Source: Candidatus Aenigmatarchaeota archaeon (GTDB lineage: Archaea; Aenigmatarchaeota; Aenigmatarchaeia; CG10238-14; SpSt-28). Taken from it: 64,000 nt of DNA. Below the pieces are notes generated by a model that was given only the letters and a program-made list of their open reading frames with translations, was not told where the DNA came from and made no database searches. The DNA lies in NCBI GenBank assembly GCA_039000725.1, contig JAWBNO010000001.1, positions 130,446-194,445 of the forward strand, given 5' to 3'. A program made the translations under genes and the position numbers. Of this stretch, positions 19,645 to 29,208 are shown piece after piece (the first letter of the stretch is position 1; the number at the start of each line of letters is the position of its first letter).

Positions 19645-21957
19645 ATGAAGTTTGTAAAATGGATTAAGGAGTTATCTAAAAATGATTTAAATTTAGTTGG
19701 AGGTAAAGCTGCAAACTTAGGAGAAATGATAAATGCTGGTTTGCCTGTTCCTAATGCTTTTGTTGTTACTGCAGAAGCATATAAACATTTTATCACAAAG
19801 AACAAGCTTATGGGTAAAATAAAAAAAATACTTAGAAGCGCTGATTTTAATGATCCTAAAAATTTAGAAGAATCTACACGAAAAATTAGAGAACTTATTG
19901 AAAATTCTCCAATGCAAAAAGAAATAGAAGACGAAATAAAAGAGGCTTACAGAATGTTGTCTGAAGAATTTGGAGAAAATGAAATATCTGTAGCTATAAG
20001 AAGTTCGGCCACTGCGGAAGATATTCCCAGTGCTAGTTTTGCTGGACTCCAACTAACCTTACTTAATGTAAAAGGAATAGAAAACGTTTTAAATGGAGTA
20101 AAAAAATGTTGGGCTTCTCTTTTTACACCCAGAGCAACTTTTTATAGAGAGCAAAAAGGGTTTAAGCATGAAAAAGTTTATATAGCAGTAATAATTCAAA
20201 AACAACTTGGCGTTTTAAATAGAAAAGAGTATGAGGAAGGTAAATACAAAGCTGGAGTTGGATTCACGATTCATCCTTCTACTGGAGAAAAAGATAAAAT
20301 TGTAATAGAATCATCTTATGGCCAAGGAGAAAGTGTAGTTAGTGGAGCTGTTAATCCCGACACTATAATAATAGATAAAAATACTGGAAATATTTTGGAG
20401 TTTCATGTTGGAAGAAAAGAAAAAATGAGAATAACTAGTGAATTAGGAGAATTGGAAGAAATTGAAACTCCACAAAATTTAAAAGAAAAACTTTCTTTAA
20501 ACGAAGATGAAATAAAACAACTTTGGGAATTAGCTTTAAAGCTTGAAAAACATTATAATTTCCCCCAGGATTTTGAATGGGTTTCCGAAAATGGAAAAGT
20601 TTACTTAGTTCAATCTAGACCGGTAACAGTTTTTTATGAAAAGAAGGAAAGCAAAACAATAACTGAAAAAAGTCCTTTAATTAAAGGTTTGGGTGCATCT
20701 CCTGGAGTAGCTATAGGAAAAGTTAAGATTGCATTAACTGTTGAAGAAGCAAGCAAAAAAATAGAAAGAGGAGATATATTAGTAACTAAAATGACTTCTC
20801 CTGATTGGACACCATTTATGAAAATTGCTTCTGCAATTATAACAACTGAAGGTGGGCTAACTTCTCATGCAAGCATAGTATCTAGAGAATTAGGAATACC
20901 ATGTATAGTTGGTGCTTCTGAGGCTTTGAATAAATTGAAAGATGGAATGTTAATAACAGTTGATGGAAGGAACGGTCTAGTTTATGAAGGCGAAATTAAA
21001 GAATTGATAGAAAGAGAAAAAGCTGAAGAGATTTCTTTAAAAGAAGTTGCTGGCTTAAAGACAAAAACAAAGATATTAATGAATTTGGGTGTACCAACGG
21101 AAATAGAGAAATATAAAGACTTACCTTTTGAAGGAATTGGATTGATGAGAGTTGAATTTATAATTGCAGAATGGATTAAAGAGCATCCCAATTATTTAAT
21201 TGAAAAAGGAGAAGAGCAAAAGTATGTTGATAAATTAGCTGAAGGAATAGCTATGGTTGCTAAATCTATTTATCCTAGATTTGTTGTTGTTAGATTTAGC
21301 GATTTCAAAACCAATGAATACAGAAAACTAAATGGTGGAGGAAAATTTGAACCAATAGAAGCTAATCCTATGATTGGATGGAGAGGTGTTTCAAGATATA
21401 TAAGCAAAGATTTTGAAAAAGCTTTTAGATTGGAATGTAAAGCTATTAAAAAAGTTAGAGAAGAATATAAACTTGATAATGTTTGGGTGATGCTTCCTTT
21501 TGTTAGAACAGTTTGGGAAGTTGAAAAAGTCCTTAAAATAATGGAAGAGGAAGGTTTGAAAAGAAGTGAAAATTTCAAAATTTGGATTATGGCTGAAGTT
21601 CCTAGTGTTGTATTTTTGGCTGATAAATTTGCAAAATATTGTGATGGATTTTCTATTGGGAGTAATGATTTAACTCAATTAATTTTGGGTGTAGATAGAG
21701 ATTCCGCAATTTTAACAAACATGGGTTATTTTGATGAAAGAAATGATGCCGTTTTAAAAGCAATTAGAGATTTAATAAAAAAGGCACATAGAGTAAAAGT
21801 TACAGTTTCTATATGTGGACAAGCTCCTAGCTTTTATCCTGAGTTTACTGAATTTTTAGTTAAATGTGGTATAGATTCGATTTCTGTTAATCCTGATGCT
21901 GTTCTAAAAACTAAGAAAATCGTTTATGATGTTGAAAGAAAATTGTATTCCCAATAA
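19645..21957 (+). CDS. ppsA: Phosphoenolpyruvate synthase
   Basis: 770 aa. Contains VGGKAANLGEM, the phosphohistidine region GGLTSHASIVSRELGIPCIVG and the C-terminal PEP-utilising TIM barrel (GFSIGSNDLTQ). Confidence 0.95.
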   Translation: MKFVKWIKELSKNDLNLVGGKAANLGEMINAGLPVPNAFVVTAEAYKHFITKNKLMGKIKKILRSADFNDPKNLEESTRKIRELIENSPMQKEIEDEIKEAYRMLSEEFGENEISVAIRSSATAEDIPSASFAGLQLTLLNVKGIENVLNGVKKCWASLFTPRATFYREQKGFKHEKVYIAVIIQKQLGVLNRKEYEEGKYKAGVGFTIHPSTGEKDKIVIESSYGQGESVVSGAVNPDTIIIDKNTGNILEFHVGRKEKMRITSELGELEEIETPQNLKEKLSLNEDEIKQLWELALKLEKHYNFPQDFEWVSENGKVYLVQSRPVTVFYEKKESKTITEKSPLIKGLGASPGVAIGKVKIALTVEEASKKIERGDILVTKMTSPDWTPFMKIASAIITTEGGLTSHASIVSRELGIPCIVGASEALNKLKDGMLITVDGRNGLVYEGEIKELIEREKAEEISLKEVAGLKTKTKILMNLGVPTEIEKYKDLPFEGIGLMRVEFIIAEWIKEHPNYLIEKGEEQKYVDKLAEGIAMVAKSIYPRFVVVRFSDFKTNEYRKLNGGGKFEPIEANPMIGWRGVSRYISKDFEKAFRLECKAIKKVREEYKLDNVWVMLPFVRTVWEVEKVLKIMEEEGLKRSENFKIWIMAEVPSVVFLADKFAKYCDGFSIGSNDLTQLILGVDRDSAILTNMGYFDERNDAVLKAIRDLIKKAHRVKVTVSICGQAPSFYPEFTEFLVKCGIDSISVNPDAVLKTKKIVYDVERKLYSQ

Positions 21958-22280
21958 CTTTTTTCTACTTTTTCTGATTTGTAAGCATCTATTATAATTT
22001 TCAATCCCTCTTCCAAATTTGAATCATCCTTACAAGTAGCTATTTCTACATCAATCAAAGAATATTCTGGCCAAGTATGAATAGCTATGTGACTTTCTTT
22101 AATTAAGTATATAACGCTCAAGCCTTCTGGTTCAAATTCATAGTATAACTTGTCTACATAAGTCATACCTAACTTCTTAACAACTTCATCAAGAACATTA
22201 AAAGCAAAAGACTTATCACTAAGTAAACTTCTTTCTACTCTACATTTTTCTAACTTTGCACACAAATGTTTTACCTTCAT
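21924..22280 (-). CDS. speH: S-adenosylmethionine decarboxylase proenzyme (small archaeal/bacterial type)
   Basis: 118 aa. Self-processing site context ESHIAIHTWPEY. Confidence 0.85.
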   Translation of the reverse strand: MKVKHLCAKLEKCRVERSLLSDKSFAFNVLDEVVKKLGMTYVDKLYYEFEPEGLSVIYLIKESHIAIHTWPEYSLIDVEIATCKDDSNLEEGLKIIIDAYKSEKVEKSYWEYNFLSTS

Positions 22281-22351
22281 CTTCTAACATCAATCCCGAA
22301 GTCTCCTCTTATATAAATTTACGTTTAATTAATATAAAAATTTTTAAAAAA

Positions 22352-23458
22352 TCACAGATAAGAATAAATTTCGCTAAAAATTTTAATTTTTTTAGGCTTA
22401 AAAGGAATTTTTTCTAAAATATACAAAGAGGCATTAAGATATTCTTTGTTCTCTATATTCAAACCAAATTTTTTAAAATTTTTTTCAAAAATAAAGCATT
22501 CTTTATGTATTTTTTGAAATAAATATGAAATTTTTCCTATTTCAATATCTCTTATTATGAAGTTCATTTTGGTAATATGCTCTTGGAAAAACAACATTCT
22601 ATTTCCTATTGCTTCATCTCCTAAAACAAGAAAACAAATACCTCCATCTTTTTCAATTATTTTTGATGAAAATCTTAAGAAAGCTATCAATCCAGAAAAA
22701 TTATATGGCGGGTTTATATATACTCCATAGAATTTATCGTCAAGGTATTTTTTTCTTATATCTCTTTTTTCTATTTCTATATTTGCGTTTAACTTTTCTT
22801 TTAAATTACACACAATATTTAAAAGATCCTCATCAATATCAAAAACTTTAAATCTAAATTCTTTATTAATCAAAGAAAGAATTAAATAAACAAAGTCGTC
22901 TGCACCAACAAAAACAAATTTCTCTTTAAATGGATAGAACTCAGTTATCTTACTAGCTAAAAATATTGAAGATTTTAAATTTATAGGAATCTGGTCATAG
23001 CTTCCTTTCCAATTATAAAATATACCAAAATTTTCTATTACAGACTTCTTGAGATTTATTTTACCTATAATCTTTTTAATTTTTTCAATAATTTTGTCCT
23101 CTGTTAAAGGTATAGAAAATATTTCATTCAATTTTATTTTAAACTTGACTTTTTCACTCTTTATTACAGCAATCCTCTTCTTGATTAAAAATTTGAGAAA
23201 AACTGTTAAAAATTCTGAATCGTGATTAAATTTCTTTATTATTAAAAACGGATTTTCATAAAACCAAAGATCTCTAATTATTAAGGAAAATCTTAAAAAA
23301 CTTATCTTTTCATAGTTTTCGAAAACTTCTTCTACTAAATTTTCTGAAAAATTTTTAACTTTATCTATACCTACTCTGTTTTTAACATTTTTTTTAAATT
23401 CTTTTCTATGAAATTCGACAAAATCTCTATACATTTCTTTAAGCTGATTCAGATTCAT
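22352..23458 (-). CDS. BpsA-like aminopropyltransferase (DUF43 family, branched-chain polyamine synthase-like)
   Basis: The C-terminal half reads FVGADDFVYLILSL..KVFDIDEDLLN..DIRKKYLD..VYINPPY. This parallels the GDDD / DIDE / DLRK / DPP blocks I recall for Thermococcus BpsA. Adjacent to speH on the same strand. Start moved to the first ATG (MNLNQL); the track's TTG start adds 12 codons. Confidence 0.55.
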   Translation of the reverse strand: MNLNQLKEMYRDFVEFHRKEFKKNVKNRVGIDKVKNFSENLVEEVFENYEKISFLRFSLIIRDLWFYENPFLIIKKFNHDSEFLTVFLKFLIKKRIAVIKSEKVKFKIKLNEIFSIPLTEDKIIEKIKKIIGKINLKKSVIENFGIFYNWKGSYDQIPINLKSSIFLASKITEFYPFKEKFVFVGADDFVYLILSLINKEFRFKVFDIDEDLLNIVCNLKEKLNANIEIEKRDIRKKYLDDKFYGVYINPPYNFSGLIAFLRFSSKIIEKDGGICFLVLGDEAIGNRMLFFQEHITKMNFIIRDIEIGKISYLFQKIHKECFIFEKNFKKFGLNIENKEYLNASLYILEKIPFKPKKIKIFSEIYSYL

Positions 23459-23510
23459 TATTTTATTTTTTGTGCTGATAAAATAAATTCTCAAAAGTAA
23501 AATTAAGACT

Positions 23511-23583
23511 CGCCCCCGCCGGGATTCGAACCCGGGTCTCAGGCGTGACAGGCCTGCATCCTAGGCCACTAGACGACGAGGGC
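23511..23583 (-). tRNA. tRNA-Asp (anticodon GUC)
   Basis: The reverse complement gccctcgtcgtctagtggcctaggatgcaggcctGTCacgcctgagacccgggttcgaatcccggcgggggcg folds as a cloverleaf. Anticodon loop ct-GTC-ac. GC-rich island. Confidence 0.9.
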
Positions 23584-23639
23584 ATTTTATATATTTAGTA
23601 AAAAATCAAAAGATAAATTTTACTGATTAATAAAAAATA

Positions 23640-23761
23640 GGATTGGCGGCGACGTGGATTTCCCGCTCCATAACGGAGCAGTACTTTCCACACCTCCGGG
23701 AGGCTTAACTTCCGGGTTCGGAACGAGACCGGGTGTTTCCCTCCCGATCTGGCCGCCAACC
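23640..23761 (-). rRNA. rrf: 5S ribosomal RNA
   Basis: The reverse complement contains the universal 5S core acacccggtctcgttccgaacccggaagttaagcc. The terminal helix ttggcggc/gccgccaa closes the molecule. About 122 nt. Confidence 0.9.
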
Positions 23762-23781
23762 AATATTATATTTGAGATTAA

Positions 23782-23789
23782 TATTTAAA
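23782..23789 (-). promoter_or_regulatory. Candidate TATA box (TTTAAATA on the minus strand) for the 5S rRNA/tRNA-Asp unit
   Basis: TTTAAATA is centred about 24-25 nt upstream of the inferred 5S 5' end. It lies in the divergent spacer shared with pfdA. The background is AT-rich, so this is weak. Confidence 0.35.
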
Positions 23790-23823
23790 GCTTACTTTTT
23801 AATTTAACTTTCAAATTTAAAAA

Positions 23824-24213
23824 ATGGAAAAAGATAAAAGAAAGGCTTTAGCAGAAAGATATACTTATTTACAAATTATTTTAGAAAACTTTATAAAACA
23901 AAGAGAATTAATATTAAAAAATCTGGAAGAAATAGAAGAAACTTTAGAAGCAATTCAAAACTTAAAGAAAGAGATGGAGGTTATTTTTTCTATTGGTGGG
24001 AACGTTTTTGGTTTTGGAAAAATAACTAGTGATAAATTTTTGGTAAACGTAGGCTATAATGTTGGGGTTGAATTTGAAAAAGATAAAGCATTAGAAATTT
24101 TGGAAAGAAATAAAGAAAGTTTAATTAAAAACTTAAACGAAATAGAAGAAAATATTAATAAGATCGTTTCTGAACAACAAAAAATATTAAATCTGATTCA
24201 AAATAAAGAATAA
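23824..24213 (+). CDS. pfdA: Prefoldin subunit alpha
   Basis: 129 aa with two coiled-coil arms flanking a beta-hairpin core (FSIGGNVFGFGKI). Conserved position upstream of ftsY. Confidence 0.75.
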   Translation: MEKDKRKALAERYTYLQIILENFIKQRELILKNLEEIEETLEAIQNLKKEMEVIFSIGGNVFGFGKITSDKFLVNVGYNVGVEFEKDKALEILERNKESLIKNLNEIEENINKIVSEQQKILNLIQNKE

Positions 24214-24216
24214 AGT

Positions 24217-25185
24217 ATGTTAGACTTTCTAAAGAAAAAACTAAAAAAAATTGTAGAAAGAATAACAAAAGAAGTTGAAGTTAAAGAAGAAAAAGAAGAG
24301 ATTATTAAAGAAGAAAAAACTCCAAAAATTATAAAGAAGCTATTTGTTAAAGTTTTGGAAGAAAAAGATATTAGACCAATATTAGAAGAATTGGAAATTG
24401 AACTAATAGAGGCTGATGTTGCCTTAGAGGTCTGCGAAAAAATTAAAGAAGATTTAATTAAAGAGCTTGTATCTAAAGAAATAAGAAGAGGTGAAGAAGA
24501 GAAATTCGTAAAAGATGCTTTAAGAAATAGTTTATTAAAAATTTTAGACTTACCTAAGATAGACTTAATAAGAGAAATTCAAAATAATAAACCCTATTTA
24601 ATAGTATTCTTCGGTTTTAATGGCTCGGGAAAAACCACTACAATAGCAAAAATAGCGAACTATCTTAAAAACAAAAACTTAAAGTGTGTGCTCGCTGCTG
24701 GAGATACATTTAGAGCAGCCTCCATTGAGCAACTAGAAGAACATGCAAAAAAATTAGGCATAGAAATTATAAAACAAAAATATGGTGCAGATTCTGCTGC
24801 AGTAATATATGATGCTAAAAAACATGCAGAAGCAAAAAAAATTGATGTTATACTAGCTGATACTGCTGGAAGAAGTTATTCAAATGAAAACTTGATGGAT
24901 GAGTTAAAAAAAATTATTAGGGTAAATAAACCAAATCTAAAAGTATTAGTTATAGATAGTTTAACAGGTAATGATGCTGTCAATCAAGCAAAATATTTCG
25001 GAGAAATAGGGGTTGATGCGTTAGTTTTTACTAAGCTTGATGTTAATGAAAAAGGTGGCGCTATTCTTAGTGTTAGTTATATTCTAAAAAAACCAATACT
25101 ATTTCTAGCGGATGGTCAATCTTATGATGATCTTAAAGAATTCGATGCAAAATACTTTGTAGATAATTTATTAGGAAAAGAATAA
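24217..25185 (+). CDS. ftsY: Signal recognition particle receptor FtsY
   Basis: 322 aa. SRP GTPase motifs GFNGSGKTTT, DTAGR and TKLD. Confidence 0.9.
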   Translation: MLDFLKKKLKKIVERITKEVEVKEEKEEIIKEEKTPKIIKKLFVKVLEEKDIRPILEELEIELIEADVALEVCEKIKEDLIKELVSKEIRRGEEEKFVKDALRNSLLKILDLPKIDLIREIQNNKPYLIVFFGFNGSGKTTTIAKIANYLKNKNLKCVLAAGDTFRAASIEQLEEHAKKLGIEIIKQKYGADSAAVIYDAKKHAEAKKIDVILADTAGRSYSNENLMDELKKIIRVNKPNLKVLVIDSLTGNDAVNQAKYFGEIGVDALVFTKLDVNEKGGAILSVSYILKKPILFLADGQSYDDLKEFDAKYFVDNLLGKE

Positions 25186-25193
25186 TTTTAGTT

Positions 25194-26495
25194 ATGTTAG
25201 AAAGTTTTGCTGAAAAGCTTAAGAATAGTATAAGAAAACTAATGTGGAAAACTTCGGTAGACGAAAAGGCTGTAGAAGATTTACTAAAAGAGCTAAAAAT
25301 GATATTATTGGAAGCGGACGTTGAAATAGAAATTGTTAATTCTTTCTTGGAAAACGTAAGAAGAAAGTTATTTAAAGAAAAAATCCCAGCTGGTTTCACT
25401 TTGAGAGATTACACCATTAAAGTAGTTTATGAAGAGCTAGTAAAAATACTCGGAGATAAACCTTATGAGATTAATGGCAAAAAAATAATGTTAATAGGAC
25501 TTTATGGCTCGGGAAAAACAACGACTGCTGCTAAACTTGCAAATTATTTCAAAAAATTTGGTAAAGTTGTTTTAGTTGGTTTAGATTACCATAGACCTGC
25601 AGCACCAGAACAATTAAAACAGCTTGCCGAAAAAATAAATGTCAAATATTTGATTGGTAAAAATGCCTATGATGTTGCTAGAGAAAGTCTAGAAAAATTT
25701 AAAAATTATGATTATATAATCTACGACACTTCTGGTAGAGACGCCTTAGATGAAGAATTATCAAATGAGTTAAAAAAACTGGCAGAAATAATAAAGCCTG
25801 ATGAAAAAATACTTGTAATTCCTGCTGAAATTGGTAAAGTTGCAAAAAAACAAGCTGAAGAATTTAACAGAATAGTTGGAATTACTGGAATTATAGTCAC
25901 TAAAATGGATTCTTCTGCGAAAGCTGGTTCTGCAATTTCTGCATGTGTTGCAACTGGTGCTAAGGTTAAATTTGTTTGTTATGGTGAAAAATTAGATGCA
26001 ATAGAAAAATACGATCCAAAAAGATTTGTATCTAGAATTTTAGGATTAGGTGACTTGGAAACTTTGTTGGAAAAAGCTAAAGATGTTGTTAAGCCTGAGA
26101 AGGTTGAAAAAATTGTTGAAGGTGATTTCACTTTAGATGATTTTATAGAACAATTGGAAGCTTTTAAACAAATGGGTCCTTTGGATAAAATACTATCAAT
26201 GATACCTGGTTTTAGTTTACCGAAAGATTTAATATATAAACAAGAAGAAAGCATGAAAAAATGGAAATATATATATCAGTCTATGACTCCAAAAGAAAGA
26301 AAAAATCCAGAAATAATCGATGAAAGTAGAATAAAAAGAATTGCAAGAGGTAGTGGTGCTTCTGAAGAAGATGTGAGAAATCTTCTCTCTAACTATTTTA
26401 AAGTAAAAAAAATTATGAAAAGTGTTGGGGGTGCTAGAGGGATTAGTTTTAGCAATCTTCAAAAACTTATGAAACAATTTGGTTTTAAAATGTGA
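25194..26495 (+). CDS. srp54: Signal recognition particle protein SRP54
   Basis: 433 aa. N and G domains (GLYGSGKTTT, DTSGR, TKMD) plus a Met-rich M domain (ILSMIPG). Confidence 0.95.
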   Translation: MLESFAEKLKNSIRKLMWKTSVDEKAVEDLLKELKMILLEADVEIEIVNSFLENVRRKLFKEKIPAGFTLRDYTIKVVYEELVKILGDKPYEINGKKIMLIGLYGSGKTTTAAKLANYFKKFGKVVLVGLDYHRPAAPEQLKQLAEKINVKYLIGKNAYDVARESLEKFKNYDYIIYDTSGRDALDEELSNELKKLAEIIKPDEKILVIPAEIGKVAKKQAEEFNRIVGITGIIVTKMDSSAKAGSAISACVATGAKVKFVCYGEKLDAIEKYDPKRFVSRILGLGDLETLLEKAKDVVKPEKVEKIVEGDFTLDDFIEQLEAFKQMGPLDKILSMIPGFSLPKDLIYKQEESMKKWKYIYQSMTPKERKNPEIIDESRIKRIARGSGASEEDVRNLLSNYFKVKKIMKSVGGARGISFSNLQKLMKQFGFKM

Positions 26496-26499
26496 AAAT

Positions 26500-27084
26500 A
26501 TGAGAGAGTTTATTCTATTTTCTAGAGGTATAACTACAGACTTTAGCTTAAATGATTTAGTTAATGCTGGTAGGATGGATTTAGTTGCAAGATGTGTTTC
26601 AACAGCTATATTTCTTTCTTATTCTTTGAGAAAAGATGTTAAATTTCATGTTGTACTAAATGGTCCTCCTTCTCCACCAATAACTATAACTTTCTTTACA
26701 AATGAATTAAAAAATGTTTCTCCAGATGAAAGAAATATTGCATCACATATAAGAATTGCAATAAGAAATTTAGGAAAAAAAGAAAATAGTGAGCCTGGAA
26801 TATATGTGAGAAAGATAAGTTTTGAAAATTTAGTCAAAGAAAAAATAAATGAATATGGTAATTCAGTATTTTATCTTCATAAAGATGGAGAAGATATAAA
26901 AAAAATAATTATAAAGAAGGATTTTGTTGTAATATTAGGAGACAATAAAGGTGTTCCAAAAATTAATGAAAAGTTTTTAGAAAAAATGAATGTTAAAAAA
27001 GTTTCACTAGGGAGAATAGAATATCTAAGTTCGCAATGTATAGCAATATTCAATTATGAGGTTGATAGGATATGGATGTCATAG
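26500..27084 (+). CDS. trmY: tRNA (pseudouridine54-N1)-methyltransferase TrmY (SPOUT, DUF358)
   Basis: MREFILFSRGITTDFSLNDLVNAGRMDLVARCVSTAIFLS matches the TrmY family. Start set at the first ATG, 21 nt inside the track's TTG-initiated ORF. Confidence 0.75.
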   Translation: MREFILFSRGITTDFSLNDLVNAGRMDLVARCVSTAIFLSYSLRKDVKFHVVLNGPPSPPITITFFTNELKNVSPDERNIASHIRIAIRNLGKKENSEPGIYVRKISFENLVKEKINEYGNSVFYLHKDGEDIKKIIIKKDFVVILGDNKGVPKINEKFLEKMNVKKVSLGRIEYLSSQCIAIFNYEVDRIWMS

Positions 27085-28364
27085 AAAATGCAATAGAATT
27101 GATGAAAAGAGGTAAAATCTGTAATAATTGCTTAGGTAGAGTTTTTGCTAATTTATTGAGTGGCTATTCTAATGAAGAAAGAGGTAAATTTATAAGAAAT
27201 GTTATTGCGATGTTATATGATTCCGGAAAAAATATTGATATAGATATATCAAACTTTTATGGAATAAAATTTAGAAATAGAAAAATTGACGCATCTGATA
27301 AAAAATGTTATATATGCGACAATTTCTTCCAAGAAAAAATATTTGATATTTCAAATAGAGTAGTTGAAAAGTTAAAAGAATATGAATTTTCAACTTTTTT
27401 AGTAGGAACCAAGCTGTCAACAGAGATGAAAAGAAGAGAAGAAAGTCTTCTTGAAATTATTAATCCCGAATATTTCGAATCAATAAAAAATGAAATAAAC
27501 AGAGAAATAGGAAAAATTGTAGAAAAAAGATTGAATAAAAAAATGGACAGAAATAACCCAGAAATTACTGTATTAATAGATTTGGAAAAAGAAACTATAT
27601 CTCTAAATATTAAAAGCTTGTTTATAGCTGGAGAATATAAAAAACTAGTCAGAAACATACCTCAAGCAACATGGTATTGTCAAGAATGTAATGGCAAAGG
27701 TTGTGAAAAATGTGGAGGAAGAGGATTGTTGTATCCCAATTCTATTCAAATGATAATAGAAAAACCTTTGCTTAAGTTGACTAAAGGAAAAAAATCTAAG
27801 ATACATGCTGAAGGTAGAGAAGATATAGATGTAAGATGTTTAGGTTGGAGGCCATTTGTTATAGAGATTGTTAAGCCTAAAATTAGAAAAATGGACCTTA
27901 AAAAAGCTGAGAAAACAATAAATAAGTCAAAAAAAATAAAGGTTAAATTATTGAAAATACTGGAAGATGGAAAAAGAATAATAAAGTTTTTGAAAACAGA
28001 AAAATCTGATAAACTTTATAGAGCTGAAGTTGTTTTTGAGAGTAACATAGATTTGAATAGATTAAAAATATTAAAAGGTATTAAAAACTTAGTTGTTAAT
28101 CAACAGACACCTCTACGAGTATTGAGAAGAAGGAGTGATATAATTAGAAGAAGGATAGTTAAGAATATAAAATTCAAGTTAAAAGGTAAAAAAACCATAG
28201 TATTGGAAATACTAGCATCGTCTGGTCTGTATGTTAAAGAATTTATAACAGGGGATGGTGGCAGAACAAGACCAAGTATAGCTGAGATTTTAAATAATAA
28301 ACCAACTAAGGTTATATTAGATGTAATAAAAATATATAGTGGGTTTAGAGGAATGATTAAATGA
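27072..28364 (+). CDS. pus10: tRNA pseudouridine(54/55) synthase Pus10
   Basis: 430 aa. N-terminal Zn ribbon CNNCLGR, second cluster CQECNGKGCEKCGG, and a C-terminal TruD-like catalytic region. Overlaps trmY by 13 nt. Confidence 0.85.
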   Translation: MDVIENAIELMKRGKICNNCLGRVFANLLSGYSNEERGKFIRNVIAMLYDSGKNIDIDISNFYGIKFRNRKIDASDKKCYICDNFFQEKIFDISNRVVEKLKEYEFSTFLVGTKLSTEMKRREESLLEIINPEYFESIKNEINREIGKIVEKRLNKKMDRNNPEITVLIDLEKETISLNIKSLFIAGEYKKLVRNIPQATWYCQECNGKGCEKCGGRGLLYPNSIQMIIEKPLLKLTKGKKSKIHAEGREDIDVRCLGWRPFVIEIVKPKIRKMDLKKAEKTINKSKKIKVKLLKILEDGKRIIKFLKTEKSDKLYRAEVVFESNIDLNRLKILKGIKNLVVNQQTPLRVLRRRSDIIRRRIVKNIKFKLKGKKTIVLEILASSGLYVKEFITGDGGRTRPSIAEILNNKPTKVILDVIKIYSGFRGMIK

Positions 28365-28903
28365 AAGCTATAGTTCCTTTAGCGGAAGGGTTCGAAGAAA
28401 TTGAAGCCATAACTATAATAGACGTTCTTAGAAGAGCTGGGATAAAAGTAGATATAGTAGGAATTGAAGACGAAATAGTAGTTGGAAGAAATGGTATAAA
28501 AATTCTTTGTGAAAAAACCTTAAATGAAATTGAACAAATAGATTATGATCTGATCGTTTTACCGGGAGGTAATCCCGGATATAAAAATTTGATGAATTCT
28601 GAAACTCTTTTAAATATAATAAGAAATATGAATTCTAAAGGAAGAATTATAGGAGCTATCTGTGCTTCTCCGTTGGTTTTATTGAAGGCTGGAATACTAA
28701 AAGATAAAAAGGCAACTTGCTATCCAACTTTAAAAAATGAAATACCTAACTATGAAGATAAAAAAGTTGTTGTGGATGGGAATATAATTACTTCTCAGGG
28801 TCCTGCGACAGCAATAGAATTTTCATTAGAAATAGTAAAAATTTTAAAGCCAGAAATATATGAACAAATTAGAAAAGATCTGTTAAGTGATAGATATGGC
28901 TAA
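28361..28903 (+). CDS. DJ-1/PfpI/ThiJ family protein
   Basis: 180 aa. Contains LPGG and the nucleophile elbow AICASP. Confidence 0.85.
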   Translation: MKAIVPLAEGFEEIEAITIIDVLRRAGIKVDIVGIEDEIVVGRNGIKILCEKTLNEIEQIDYDLIVLPGGNPGYKNLMNSETLLNIIRNMNSKGRIIGAICASPLVLLKAGILKDKKATCYPTLKNEIPNYEDKKVVVDGNIITSQGPATAIEFSLEIVKILKPEIYEQIRKDLLSDRYG

Positions 28904-29183
28904 AAAATCACAAGGATTTAGAATAAAAACGAGGAAAAAATTTCAAAGAGAAGCGAGATACAGAACGCCTATAACTAAATTCTTACAAGAATTCAATATA
29001 GGAGATAAAGTTGCAATAGTTCAAGAACCTAGTAGTTTTAAAGGAATGCCATTTTCTAGATTTAGAGGATTAGTGGGGGAAATAATAGAAAAAAGAGGAA
29101 GGGCCTACGTAGTAAAAGTTAAAGTTGGAAATAAAATTAAAAAGGTTATCTCAAATCCTGAGCATTTAAAACCAATAGCTTAA
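28896..29183 (+). CDS. rpl21e: 50S ribosomal protein L21e
   Basis: MAKKSQGFRIKTRKKF...FRGLVGEIIEKRGRAYVVKV is typical of L21e. Start set at the ATG; the track's GTG start is 9 nt upstream. Confidence 0.85.
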   Translation: MAKKSQGFRIKTRKKFQREARYRTPITKFLQEFNIGDKVAIVQEPSSFKGMPFSRFRGLVGEIIEKRGRAYVVKVKVGNKIKKVISNPEHLKPIA

Positions 29184-29208
29184 AAATAGAAAAAACAATA
29201 ATTTTTTA

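Noticed and set aside
19578-22851. Track ORFs 19578-19805(-), 19864-20052(-), 20982-21191(-), 21270-21578(-) and 22609-22851(+)
   Set aside because: They are antisense to ppsA, the epimerase or the BpsA-like gene. They are low-complexity with no independent support.
23459-23494. TTG-initiated 12-codon N-terminal extension of the BpsA-like ORF
   Set aside because: The extension runs to within 17 nt of tRNA-Asp, and an in-frame ATG (MNLNQL) follows. The shorter gene is more plausible.
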